Part shown: positions 24,701 to 34,605 of the stretch, in pieces | Layout of the letters: each line of letters begins with the position of its first letter | Numbering within the stretch: the stretch's first letter is position 1 | NCBI GenBank assembly: GCA_002633005.1 | Contig: NMRA01000224.1 | Span: 528,281-592,280 of the forward strand | Source: Phoronis australis | Taxonomy: Eukaryota; Animalia; Phoronida | DNA length: 64,000 nucleotides | Direction: 5' to 3' | Notes under the pieces: generated by a model | What the model saw: only the letters and a program-made list of their open reading frames with translations | What the model was told of the DNA's origin: nothing | Databases searched by the model: none | Made by a program: the position numbers and the translations under genes

Positions 24701-25850
24701 CTAGTACCTTCCGCAATACCACGTACATTTAATACAGCGTCGTATTTTATCCTTCACAATTATCCCTGTAACTGTTGTCGTGTCAATAATTTGTTTCAGA
24801 AACATCGAAGTGGGTTTTAGTATATGCTGGTTGTTTTCAAAATTCATTGACATTAACGGCCAGCCGCGTCTACAGAAAGAACTTAATTTTAAATTTGCCC
24901 TCATCTATCTACTTCGCTAGTACTGCAGTAGGTTTGTAGCACGTCTTTAAAACCATTAGAAAACCCTTTTATATAACTTTTAATGTTAATTTTCTTTGAC
25001 ATTGTTTCGTGATTGAATTCTATGCACACTGCGATGTCTCGACAAGGCTTGTCGTAATAGCTACCTGTGTTGATAATAAACATTACAAATTCGCCACTTG
25101 GTCATGAATAGTAAGCACTGATTTCACCACACTCAAGCTAAGCTCTTTCGTGCTGGCTTTTTCATCCTTTTTATTCCCATGGGAATTTAGTGGAAATAAT
25201 AGAACTTTCCCGGATAGAAATCTACTTTGTCGTGGAGGTAGGAAAACGCGCTGTTACATTGATCTAATTTTAGAAATTCTGGCTGATTCTAGGAATCAAA
25301 TAGGAAAATATCGCATCCACTGATACTTTTCAAGTTTATCCACTTTGACACTTTGATGTCGTCAGCCCAGCACAGCTGTAAAACTTTGCTGGCATTGGAA
25401 GGTAGAATGCAATTAATGCAGTCCAGAAAAAACAAGGCACCGGTGAATAACATGAACATTTCCAATGGCGCAAGAACAAAGCTCGAGAACTGCTTGAAGG
25501 ATGTTGCAGCATTGCGGATATATACGGCCATATTCAAATATCACACTGTAATGTATCGCAAATTGCCCTAGCTAAACATTTCTTTTCTGAAAGCTATAAA
25601 AAGTCATTATATCAAATAAACACAGAAAAATCAGAAACCCGAACTGGGAATCGAACCACAGGTCTCTAGATTGCCAGTTGGGGGTTCTGATTTTTCTGTG
25701 TTTATTGGATATATTTTACTATTGGCCAACCTCAGCGTCTATATATTTACTTAATCTAATTAAACACATACTGGTAAATTGCTGATTGTATATATGTAAC
25801 TGTCAATATATTAGATATATACACGTGTGTGTGTGTGCGTGTGTGTGTGT

Positions 25851-25899
<49 letters not shown>

Positions 25900-28628
25900 C
25901 GTGTGTATAAATTTAACCTAATAACAATGACTTGTCCGCCACCTTTTCACTGTAACGTTCTTTGGAAGGGGAACTTGGCTTCCCCCCTCGACGAGTAAGT
26001 AGCTTTGCAATTTCGAGGTAAGTTCACCAAAACATTCACGTGCACATTATTTCTTTGGTTCCTTAGCCTAGTCTTTTCGTGACTGGAAGTTTAGTTTTCA
26101 ACTTTCGCAGCCGACTAACCTTGCTGCTTTACATGTATGTTCGCAACGTTTCCAGTCCAGTCCGGCCGCGACGTGCCTGATCGGGTTCGCCACTGGGTTA
26201 TAACCAGCGTTTTGCGTTTTGAACAGAAAAAATCGCAAGTCTAAAATTACAACACACGGCTATGCTCTCTTGTCTGTATTTCACGGAAGAATAATTCTAA
26301 TTTATCACCAGAGAGTCTCCATACATCCCGCAACTGACCTCGGTAAGTTGGCCTACCGAGATTTGTAGGCTGTACGGTACGCTCAAAGTTTCTATAAATC
26401 CGCTACAGCGATATAAAGCATCTCATTTTTTTAAAAACTCGATGTACTTGTAAGGGTTTTAAATTGAATTTTGATGTTTTATTGGTGTAAAACGGTGAAT
26501 TCAAGCGATAAGCTAACACTAGTAAGCTTAGCAGACCGTGTTAGAACCCATGACGTCTGGCGTAAGGTAAAAGAACTGAACTCTGTGTTATCGAGTGGAT
26601 CTACTCGGTCTAAATTGATACTAAATACGTTGTTTTTGGTGGCATTCTCCTTAAGGTTACATGTAGACAACGAGCTGTCGGTGATTCCAACTGTCTAGAC
26701 TACAATACGCGAGACTATAGAGGGCACCACTTGATGTGATGTTTGAAGCAAATTAAATACGACGATAAATTGTTCACAAAACACTATTCTAAGTATCTCA
26801 ACATCTGCCTTGTACTTTATTTGCCATACGCTACTTCGTTCGGCCAGGAGAAATTACTAGCTCTCGTGATAGCCTGGACGATTACACATGTTTCATGTTC
26901 AATTTTCTCATATACCGCGCAGGACGAATGTGTACAAATTAGCGTCGATACTGAAGTCGAGACCTTCCGCTTAGCTCAATACAAAATGAGCTGTCAATAT
27001 CACAAAACAATTTCTGGACGAGCTCTGCAGTCGTGAATGAGTGTTGCTAAATTGCAAGAGTTGTACTTATCTATAGCTGATGATCACCGTGGTGTCCAAC
27101 TTTCGTCCTAAATGGTTCCATGTCTTCAGGCTTGAAAATATTATATTTGTTGTTCGCATCCAACTTAATTATTCTTCATATAATTTTAGGTGAGTCCTGG
27201 CAAACTCAGCACTGATATGACCCATTATGCACTAGACACTGACCCTGTTGACCTAGGTAAGTGTCCTGGGGTCTCAGATGGCAGGAAATGGGAGTTTTCT
27301 TCGGTCTTCTTTGACTTAGAAAAGAAGTAACACCGTCTTCGAAGGTACGGCAAGGTGGGCAACATGTTTTAGGTCCCCCTGACTGTTTGTGTTCAAAGTT
27401 TTCACTTAAAAGGATACTAAACCGTGTTTTGATGATTTCCACCAAGTCTCGTTCGGTCTTTTGAACGCTGAAAACAGGAATCAACGAAAAACTGACACTC
27501 CGAATGTCGCAGATTGAATATTGTTCTTGGTGGGTGGTCAGCCTTCTCCACCAAACTTGCATTATTATTCGCTTAAGGACAAGCTTTCCCGTTTAGCAGA
27601 ATTTGAGAGAAGTTTTCAAATTTTCCTTCAAACTTTTTAGAATTGTTGGTGATTATAGAGTATTATTTTGTATCACAGAATTGGATGGAAAATACTGTAG
27701 CTATTAACATGCGTTAATAGGTTGCAACTCCGTTTGGTATCCTATTATCATTGGCGCAGTGAGTTCCTCTACCACCTGACTCAAAGCCTTTTTACCGATA
27801 TACATGTACTGTATATGTAACTAGTTCGCGGTTAGGTGTCTTGTAATACGCTGTACAGGTTCAATTGAAATTGTGCTGGAGATATGGAAGGGAAAATTAA
27901 GAATTCGAACAATCAGTGTTCTCTTGTTTATTGTGATGGACCCGTTGTTTGATGTTAAGGGTCACGCATGCATGTATGTGTGTATACTTTATCACAAAAT
28001 AAGTTAAAATTATGAACACTTTCAGCCGTAATTAACGCATATATGTTTACACGATCAGTGAATTGTCGTGAGCGTACTTGACCATAAGCTGCCAAATTCT
28101 GTTCTCTTCTGCTTAACACTTTCATGCACCAAAGGTTTCAATCCAAAGGTGAAATATATTATACAGTATGCATCGTCTGTAATTTTTACCGATTCTGCTC
28201 TTCACGAGTCCTTGTTACTCATGACGAATCCAAACGCACAACTGGTGCTCGTAGATGTTTTGTGGACTGGAACATGGTGTAACAGCTGACTTGAAAGTAT
28301 CGCGGCGAAGTTTACAAACTTCACTAAACTGGAGTTAATGAAGTTAGCGGCGGTTACTCTCCCTATGAATTAAGCAATCATCTTCAGTCGGTGCACGATG
28401 TCATCAAGTTTGTCTAGAATTGTAAACTCAACATTTTAAGAACCAAAGCAAAATATTCCACCCCAAAACAAGCAGGTAACTTAAACCAATGGGGCAGGCC
28501 ACTGACCTTTCAACCATTGGGATTTTTCAGGAGCCAAACATATTGTCGACATGGCTGTGTCGTTGGACATCAAACACAGAGGCAAGGTTTTACAATTCGG
28601 TGAAGACGTTGGCTACCCGTGGGATTGA
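9553..28628 (+). CDS. CBR1: Carbonyl reductase [NADPH] 1-like short-chain dehydrogenase/reductase with N-terminal transmembrane anchor; 8 coding exons: 9553-9711, 13055-13139, 14315-14496, 15035-15138, 19480-19605, 20142-20316, 27190-27256, 28531-28628 (331 aa)
   Basis: Exons join in consistent phase (996 nt including TGA) through GT-AG introns and one GC-AG intron. Motifs: RVAL|VTGANRGIG (TGxxxGxG), IYLTARG, FHQIDV, YGGVDIIVSNAG, TNYYGT, ILVTSG, YGIAK (YxxxK), VSPGKLSTDM. Family is recognised from motifs; orthology to vertebrate CBR1 vs CBR3 is not established. Confidence 0.9.
9852..10247. mobile_element. Harbinger-like MITE family Y, copy 1
   Basis: Ends AAAGATTGGAGACCGGGCCC; reverse-complement match to 22738-23144. 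Confidence 0.75.
11347..11539. repeat. Penelope-like inverted repeat with degenerate hammerhead core
   Basis: ~60-bp arms ATTAGAAAACGGACAATCGC... / ...GCGATTGTCCGTTTTCTAAT; - strand CTGATG(c)tGTCT-loop-AGAC-GAAAC. Confidence 0.55.
11778..12277. mobile_element. MITE family X (Kolobok-like AAAAGG..CCTTTTAA ends), copy 1
   Basis: Homologous to 21487-21731 + 23298-23422 and inverted at 27406-27735. Confidence 0.65.
12003..12152. mobile_element. hAT-like MITE, 5-bp TSD ATAGG
   Basis: CATGGGCGGCGCA / TGCGCCGCCCATG. Confidence 0.85.
13055..13139 (+). CDS. CBR-like exon 2 (VTGANRGIGYEVVKQLCEVRKGWKIYLT)
   Basis: ttcag| acceptor, ACAG|GTGAAT donor; Rossmann TGxxxGxG motif. Confidence 0.92.
14030..14104. 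repeat. Short foldback hairpin
   Basis: GCATTTGACCCGCTTCAAACCTGCATCAG / CTGATGCAGGTTTGAAACGGGTCAAACGC. Confidence 0.8.
14315..14496 (+). CDS. CBR-like exon 3 (ARGAMKG...YGGVDIIVSNAGISGEG)
   Basis: Pyrimidine tract + gaag| acceptor, GGG|GTAAAC donor; NAG motif. Confidence 0.92.
15035..15138 (+). CDS. CBR-like exon 4 (ITPLHKEVEMNINTNYYGTLRLIRSFIPIMRPNS)
   Basis: ttccag| acceptor, AC|GTACGT donor; TNYYGT matches CBR TNFFGT. Confidence 0.9.
15424..15583. mobile_element. hAT-like MITE family Z, 5-bp TSD CTTAT
   Basis: CACTGGCGGATTTAG / CTGGATCCGCCCCTG. Confidence 0.85.
17525..18120. repeat. Dispersed repeat, diverged copy at ~40270-40830
   Basis: Shared CTTCCTTGAGTAAACT, AAAACG.CGACAGA.TTT.CTTTGTT, CGGCTG.AACG..CAAGG, ACGAGGTGACGAGC. 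Confidence 0.65.
19480..19605 (+). CDS. CBR-like exon 5 (MILVTSGAAYYFY...LNNLLDLYQ), GC donor
   Basis: tttttcag| acceptor, AG|GCAAGT donor; contains the catalytic Ser position. Confidence 0.85.
19819..19988. mobile_element. hAT-like MITE family Z (inverted), 5-bp TSD ATTAT
   Basis: CAGGGGCGGATCCAG / CTAAATCCGTCACTG. Confidence 0.85.
20142..20316 (+). CDS. CBR-like exon 6 (DVTEKG...NWP...GYGIAKLAV...ISVGI)
   Basis: ttttgcag| acceptor, ATA|GTAAGT donor; YxxxK catalytic motif. Confidence 0.92.
22112..22267. mobile_element. hAT-like MITE, 5-bp TSD CGTAG (nested)
   Basis: CATTGGCGGATCCAGG / CCTGGATCCGCCTATG. Confidence 0.85.
22738..23144. mobile_element. MITE family Y, copy 2 (nested)
   Basis: CAGGGCCCGGTCTCTAATCTT / AAGATTGGAGACCGGGCCCTG. 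Confidence 0.85.
25608..25713. repeat. Foldback element containing a tRNA B-box
   Basis: TATATCAAATAAACACAGAAAAATCAGAA / TTCTGATTTTTCTGTGTTTATTGGATATA; GGGAATCGAACC is an antisense B-box. Confidence 0.65.
25825..25906. repeat. (TG)n microsatellite
   Basis: Direct reading. Confidence 0.95.
27190..27256 (+). CDS. CBR-like exon 7 (VSPGKLSTDMTHYALDTDPVDL)
   Basis: ttttag| acceptor, G|GTAAGT donor; PGxxxTDM motif. Confidence 0.9.
27406..27735 (-). mobile_element. MITE family X copy 3 (inverted, diverged)
   Basis: Starts TTAAAAGGATACTAAACC; reverse-complement similarity to 11778-12277. Confidence 0.55.
28531..28628 (+). CDS. CBR-like exon 8 (GAKHIVDMAVSLDIKHRGKVLQFGEDVGYPWD*)
   Basis: tttttcag| acceptor, in-phase stop TGA 28626-28628; resembles the CBR C-terminal GA..v.lA...G.f....W pattern. 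Confidence 0.85.
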
Positions 28629-28849
28629 AGGCGTTGCAGCGTGCTCATTACAAAATGTCGTCAGAACATATTTTTGGTTTCCACAAATGTCGTTGCGTTT
28701 CTTTTATAAACACCTACTCCAAATCATTTCACTCTAAATGAAAATGAGTAAGAACTTGAATAAGTTTCAGCAAAACACGGCATTCATCCATGTTTACAAC
28801 ACGGTACTGCTAAGAGTATCAAAATGGTTTGATGGCCGATTTAGTTTTC

Positions 28850-28960
28850 AATAAAATTATTGGCCGTCCTTTTCACCGCTATACTGAACTCAGTTTCTAA
28901 TCGACAGCCACCAGACTACGATATCCTGTCACAGGTTAGGCAATGCGTGTGATAAATAAA
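28850..28960 (+). terminator. Candidate polyadenylation signals of the CBR-like gene
   Basis: AATAAA at 28850-28855 and 28955-28960, downstream of the stop codon. Confidence 0.45.
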
Positions 28961-30223
28961 ACAAAAGTTAACATAGGAATGTCATGTACTTTGAGTTTTT
29001 AGGTTGGGTTTCATACCTTAGTAACTAGATTTTATACTCTCTTTCAGTCACTTTTGTAAAGAGAGTATGGAAAGTACTATGCAACCACAGTAAAAAGTTA
29101 ACAACATTTAATTTCACTCTAAGCACAACTTCGTTTATTGTTTACTATGAATGTATTACTACATAATATGAAATTCCCAAGTGTTTATTTATTAGGTGCC
29201 TACATGGTTTTCTAAAATATTTTGAATATTTCTGTTTTGTTTTAAGTCACTAAATAAATTTAATGTGCACAATGTAGTTCATGTACTTTAAACGCTAAAA
29301 CTGAAGGATCATTTTCTGCCACGTGTGTCGTTGCGTTGGCAACGTTTCACTTGTTCATTGTGTGAATTATAGAATGGATCTAACTGAACGTCGTGAATAT
29401 TCGCTAGGCCTCGAGTGGAATGAAGACGCTACTGGTCAATAACGTTTGGTTCGGGGTACATCTAAATCACATCATCTTTGCCTGAAGATGAGTCATGCCC
29501 GTCACTACATTGTTGTAAGTTCTTTTGGAGTTCTGCTCTTGATCTCTATGGGATCGGCAAATACATGTATTAGGACGAGTTCGAAAGAATATGCCCTAAA
29601 GCTGCTAACTGGAATTACTGTCGCGTATTCAGTAAATTCTGCGTGCAAGAGGGCTGTTGCCAAACTATTTAGATTGAAAGGAGCTTTTACCACATCCTCG
29701 AGATTTCTTTGAATATTTTAAATTTAACACCAGATTAAGGAGTATTTGCTTACACAAGTTCCTGACACTAGAAGACGTAATGCAGTGTTTGTCACGTGTG
29801 TAATTTTGCCATTTCAAAAGGAAATCAATACGATCAGACGACTTGAAGATCAATAGCTTGTCATGTGGCCGTATGATCAAGTGTGAGTCATGTGGACATA
29901 ATCACTTTTTGACAAAATGCACGATTGATCGGTATCTATGGCATTTGAGTGAAATAAATCAGTTGGGAGATTATAATTAAAGAGATAGTCCTAAAGAGCA
30001 CAAAAATTTAAACCTGCATTTCACCGTCTTAAGCTGTCTAAAAACGCTCTTATAATAGTCTTTACATAGGCGGATTTAGGGGGACAGCCCCCCCCCCCTT
30101 GGCTGCCGCAAAAAAGCAAGAGCGTAGGGAAATGTAGAGTTTATTAATTAACCCCGGTAATTAAAATTATGCGGCTGAAAAAAGATTTAATTGTGTGCAG
30201 TTTTAGTGCTTGGGGGGGGGGGG

Positions 30224-30388
30224 NNNNNNNNNNNNNNNNNNNNNNNNNNNNNNNNNNNNNNNNNNNNNNNNNNNNNNNNNNNNNNNNNNNNNNNNNNNNN
30301 NNNNNNNNNNNNNNNNNNNNNNNNNNNNNNNNNNNNNNNNNNNNNNNNNNNNNNNNNNNNNNNNNNNNNNNNNNNNNNNNNNNNNNNN
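30224..30388. other. Assembly gap (N run)
   Basis: Ns next to a poly-G run. Confidence 1.
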
Positions 30389-30922
30389 TATATTTCAAAT
30401 TCAATAACTCTAATCCAAAACTCAACTAATTGAGAATGTTAAAGTTAGTATTTTAATGATTATTTGTAACTTTATTCCACTGACGGCTCATTTTAGCCCT
30501 TAACTTAGAATGTTATTGCATAAACTGCCGTATCTTGTTTCTCATCTTGACATCACGCACTTTTTTGATTGAAGCACAACACACACTCGGCCACTGGAAA
30601 CGCATTTCGAGTGTCCAACCTTTATGTTTTCTTATAATATTATATATTATTGAGTGACGTCATTTGCGATAAACCCAAGCGCCTGTGGTCAAACCTTAAC
30701 TTAAAACGATTTCCAAAGCAATCGCGTCATTTTTGCCAACACGAAAAACGGATTTGGTCTTTTGGGCAATTGAAGACTATTTTAAGTGCACCAAATTTGT
30801 TACGAACTGATTGTACAAAATATAAAACATGTAATAATCATTACAAAATGAAGGAGTTTCGCGCGCAAACGCTGTGGACCCTAAACAAGTAGGTCTCTTA
30901 GTAACAACTTCGGAGATAAATC

Positions 30923-30988
30923 GTGGTGGTGCTGTGGTAAAGCACGCGCCCTCAATCCTCCAGGTCGTGAGTTCGAGTCTGTGGTACT
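30923..30988 (+). repeat. tRNA-derived SINE-like head
   Basis: TGGTGCTGTGG A-box and GAGTTCGAGTC B-box. Confidence 0.5.
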
Positions 30989-32035
30989 TGCAGTTTTTCC
31001 TGTTTCACACTTTCTCCTTTTTTCTTGGTTAATACTTCGGGAATCAAGGAAATTGCTTGATTTTTAGAGGAAAAAACAGAAAAACCTCCTGGTGCTCTGC
31101 GCATCTAGAATCGTGTTTTGAGCAAATGTTTACAGACAAAATGTTGCCCCCCCCCCTTGTGATATCCTAGATTCGTCACTGCTTTATCTGGATATACGGT
31201 CCTATTTTCGTTACCAGCGATAACATGGAAAACCACCAGCAACTCACAAACACGCTTAAGGGTTTATTTGGGTTAGTCAGCCTTGAAATTGCGCATTCTA
31301 AAATCCCTGGTTGCATGAGTTGCCGGTTTTTAGGGAACAAATTGAGGGCGGGCGAGCGTGGTAATGGTTTGGAACACAGCGCATCCGTTAAAAATTCAAC
31401 ACTGACATCTTAAAAAGGCCTGGAACGCAAAAAATAGACACTGAAGCAGAATTCAACGTGTTCACCAAACATTTCCACGGTTTGCTTGTAAACATTTTGA
31501 ATTTCTGTTGATGTCAAGCATTTTTCTTTAAGTTTCAAACGTCAAGAAACTTTCCGTCAACTGCTCGTCACTTTGTTTTTCTCCCACTAGGAAAAGCACG
31601 TCTCATGATTTGATATGGCAAGACATAGACGTAGCACATTTTTGTTATATGGAAAATGTGACCCTTGAAATTTTGTGTAACCAAAACAATGGCGACTTCA
31701 ACCGGCGTCCCGGCTAAGAGCCAATTGACGTTTAAAATTATTTACAAAGGTGTTGTTAAAGTATTCGAATATATTCCAAACTGCACTTGAAATTCTCTTT
31801 GGATAATCTCTTGCTTCACTGACTTGCCTCATACTGTGGTATTGAACTCGGGATGGGAGTGCGATCAAACATGCCGTTATATCCTTCTTAATTGTCAGTT
31901 TGTCGAATGACTATGAGCGCATGCGTGCATTTGCCATAAGTGGGAGGAAAGTTAGCAACTATGTGGTGACTACACAGTTTTTCGTTGGCGCGTATTTAAA
32001 AAATCTTGATTGTTTAATTTTCGTGGAAATTTCCT

Positions 32036-32275
32036 CAGAGGCATGCGTGCACCCAGGAGGAGCTCGGGGGGCTCGAACGAGCCCCCCCCCTCACTTGACG
32101 AAGTGGGCAAAAAGGTCCGCCCCAGAGAAACAAAAAGTCCCAGAAAACGAGACAAAAGTCCACTAAAAAGACGCAGACGCACGGAAAAAGACGCTGACGC
32201 ACGGTTCTGAAGGTGGTAACCCGTTTTTTTTTTTAGTCCTCCCGATGTTTTGTCAGCAAAAGGTCCACATTGACA
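32036..32275. repeat. Dispersed repeat shared with ~19075-19220
   Basis: GTGGGCAAAAAGGT..GCC.CAGAGAAACAAAA...CAAAAGTCCACTAAAA...TTTGTCAGCAAAA.GTCCAC in both. Confidence 0.7.
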
Positions 32276-32536
32276 GATATTCGCATGAAAGGGAATATGA
32301 ATAGTTCTGTTGTAGACGTTGCGAGATAGTACTTTCGTCACGAATTGATTATTAAGTTATGTTTTGACGAGTTTTTGTGTTTCATGCCTCTTCAATAGCG
32401 GAAGGTGCAGCGTTAAATTTACTTTAGAATTAATATCCAAGTTGGTTCGAAACCAACCACAGAAGTTCCATACCGATGTTCCTAATTGAGCATCAACAGA
32501 AATATCTAACAGGTCAAGAGAATAAACCTCTGGTAC

Positions 32537-32740
32537 TGATGCTCTAATGTCAGACATTCATGGCTATATTCATGATATTGATGCACTAATGTCAGACATT
32601 CACAGCTATATTCATGATATTGATGCACTAATGTCAGATATTCATGGCTATATTCATGATATTGATGCACTAATGTCGGACATTCATGGCTATATTCATG
32701 ATATTGGTGCACTAATGTTAGACATTCATGGCTATATTCG
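32537..32740. repeat. Minisatellite, 42-bp unit x~5
   Basis: TGATGCACTAATGTCAGACATTCATGGCTATATTCATGATAT repeated. Confidence 0.95.
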
Positions 32741-34215
32741 TCATGTACCTGTTATTTAAAGACGTGTTTTATGAAGAGTGAAGATTGTCGATGAATTTTA
32801 AACATCTGTAAAAATATCAGCCTGTCGCAAGCCGATTTTACCTGAAGTCAAAAGATTACGTTACGCGTAATTGCCTTAATGTTCTGAAAGTTTGTTGAAC
32901 ATCCCTGATTCGTTTTTTCGTTATTCCTTGAATACGATTTCGCCCATGGAAACATCTATAACCTCATTAACGTCGGAAAATCTGGTATTTGTCAATAATG
33001 CGTCCGCCAGTAGGAAGGTGCGGTTGTATAACATATTTCCCAATGACTGCGTGGTTTGGAAACATTGGAATTCTTGCGATTGTGCTGACCAATATTCCTA
33101 AAAAACAGGAGATTTGAGTATTTGTGCATTAAATTACGGGGAAGTGTTTGGTAGCAGCTACTGTCGTCCATCTCTCTCACAAAACTCAAGGATTCCTCGT
33201 GGCCTTGGCAAGAACAGTTTCTGGAAACCATCCGATGCGAACCAATAAAGCAGTGCATTAATTTAACACAGATACACGGACACCCACCATTATATAGCCA
33301 CACACAAATATGGATGTCAAAGATTTAATCAAAATCTGTCTCTAGCCTTGTGGATGAAGTACATTCAACGTGTATGACTTACCCTTTTACTGGTGAATGA
33401 ATGCACTTAATTATGTTAATTTATGTTGCCTTGTGCCACTATTTTTGTATGAAACTGCTGTTTACATGTACGTTGTCTTTATCACTGCCACCATTAATTT
33501 AAAGTTGCAATGGCGTTACTGTGTACATGTAAATTACAATCCAACTAGCAGGTCTAACGTGTCGTAAGATGGTGGTGACGGCATAATTTTCTAAGGAAAA
33601 TGTCTGCTTTTTCCCTGAAAAGCTATTCTGCACGAGTCTCTTCAATCTGTTTTCTATGGTCACGAGTGAAATAAAAGCCCATTTAAGTAACATGTACCTT
33701 TCAGATGCTGGTTTATACTGATCGTTGTAGCTAGTACTCACTTGCTGCGGGCAGTGGTGTGCATTTGCTAATGACTTCGTACTAATGACAGTAAGTGATG
33801 AATTGATTTTCAAAACTTAAGACGTTGGTTTATGGGCTGCATCAATACATAAATACATGTTATACAACGACTGTGATGATAACTGTGAGTTATTAAATCG
33901 AGATTCGTGACACGGAAGTCGATTGATTAAAACGTGGGCGAAAACATGTTTACATCACGTCTACACAAAGGCCACTTTTTTATGTAAGGATTTGCCGAAT
34001 CTACCCTGCTGGTGGGTTTTTGTGAACTCAGCGATGGACTACAGTCAATGTGACACCTTCGGATCACTTCGCACATACTTTACCACTGAGAGAACTTCAA
34101 AGGAATAATATGCTGGTGTCGTAGTCATTACTTATTCATGGTTCGTGGTTTTTCCTTGCTTCCGTTTTGAAAGTTGTAGGGCATCTGATTGAAACTCGAA
34201 TAATTGATAAAGATC

Positions 34216-34358
34216 TGGGCCCAGTTGCATAAAAGTTATACGCCGTACTTGGCAACAATGAAGTCGCATTATCACGCGTCACATTGTTATTGTTGAACAA
34301 TATACCCCTGACGTCAAACAACAATCAAACTTATCCAACTTATGCAACTCAACCCAAG
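34216..34358. mobile_element. Small Harbinger-like MITE
   Basis: CTGGGCCCAGTTGCATAAAAGTT / AACTTATGCAACTCAACCCAAG. Confidence 0.55.
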
Positions 34359-34526
34359 TGTAATGTCTCAGTGCCTGGATTAGAATAATTTTCCATCGTC
34401 ACATACATCTCATAAACTATTGTTCAACACTTGTCCATCTTCAGCTCCAGCTTTTGATCACAGTATTCTATATACATATACACATACGTATACTGTTCAT
34501 ATACATTTGCATATGTACATGTACAT

Positions 34527-34605
34527 TCATACATACATACATACATACACACACACATACATACATACATACATACATACATACATACATACATACATAC
34601 ATACT
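34527..34605. repeat. (CATA)n microsatellite
   Basis: Direct reading. Confidence 0.95.

Larger units (their letters stand above)
30065..31181. mobile_element. hAT-like element, 5-bp TSD CTTTA, spanning an assembly gap
   Basis: CATAGGCGGATTTAGG / CCTAGATTCGTCACTG; CTTTA on both flanks. Confidence 0.7.

Noticed and set aside
24700-25570. Cluster of short - strand ORFs in intron 6
   Set aside because: May be a decayed TE gene, but no motif could be identified
30144-30433. ORFs across N runs (also 52288-52776)
   Set aside because: Artefacts of assembly gaps
32506-32759. Repeat ORFs (HQYHEYSHECLTLV)n and a CRISPR-like appearance
   Set aside because: Head-to-tail 42-bp minisatellite with no unique spacers, in eukaryotic DNA
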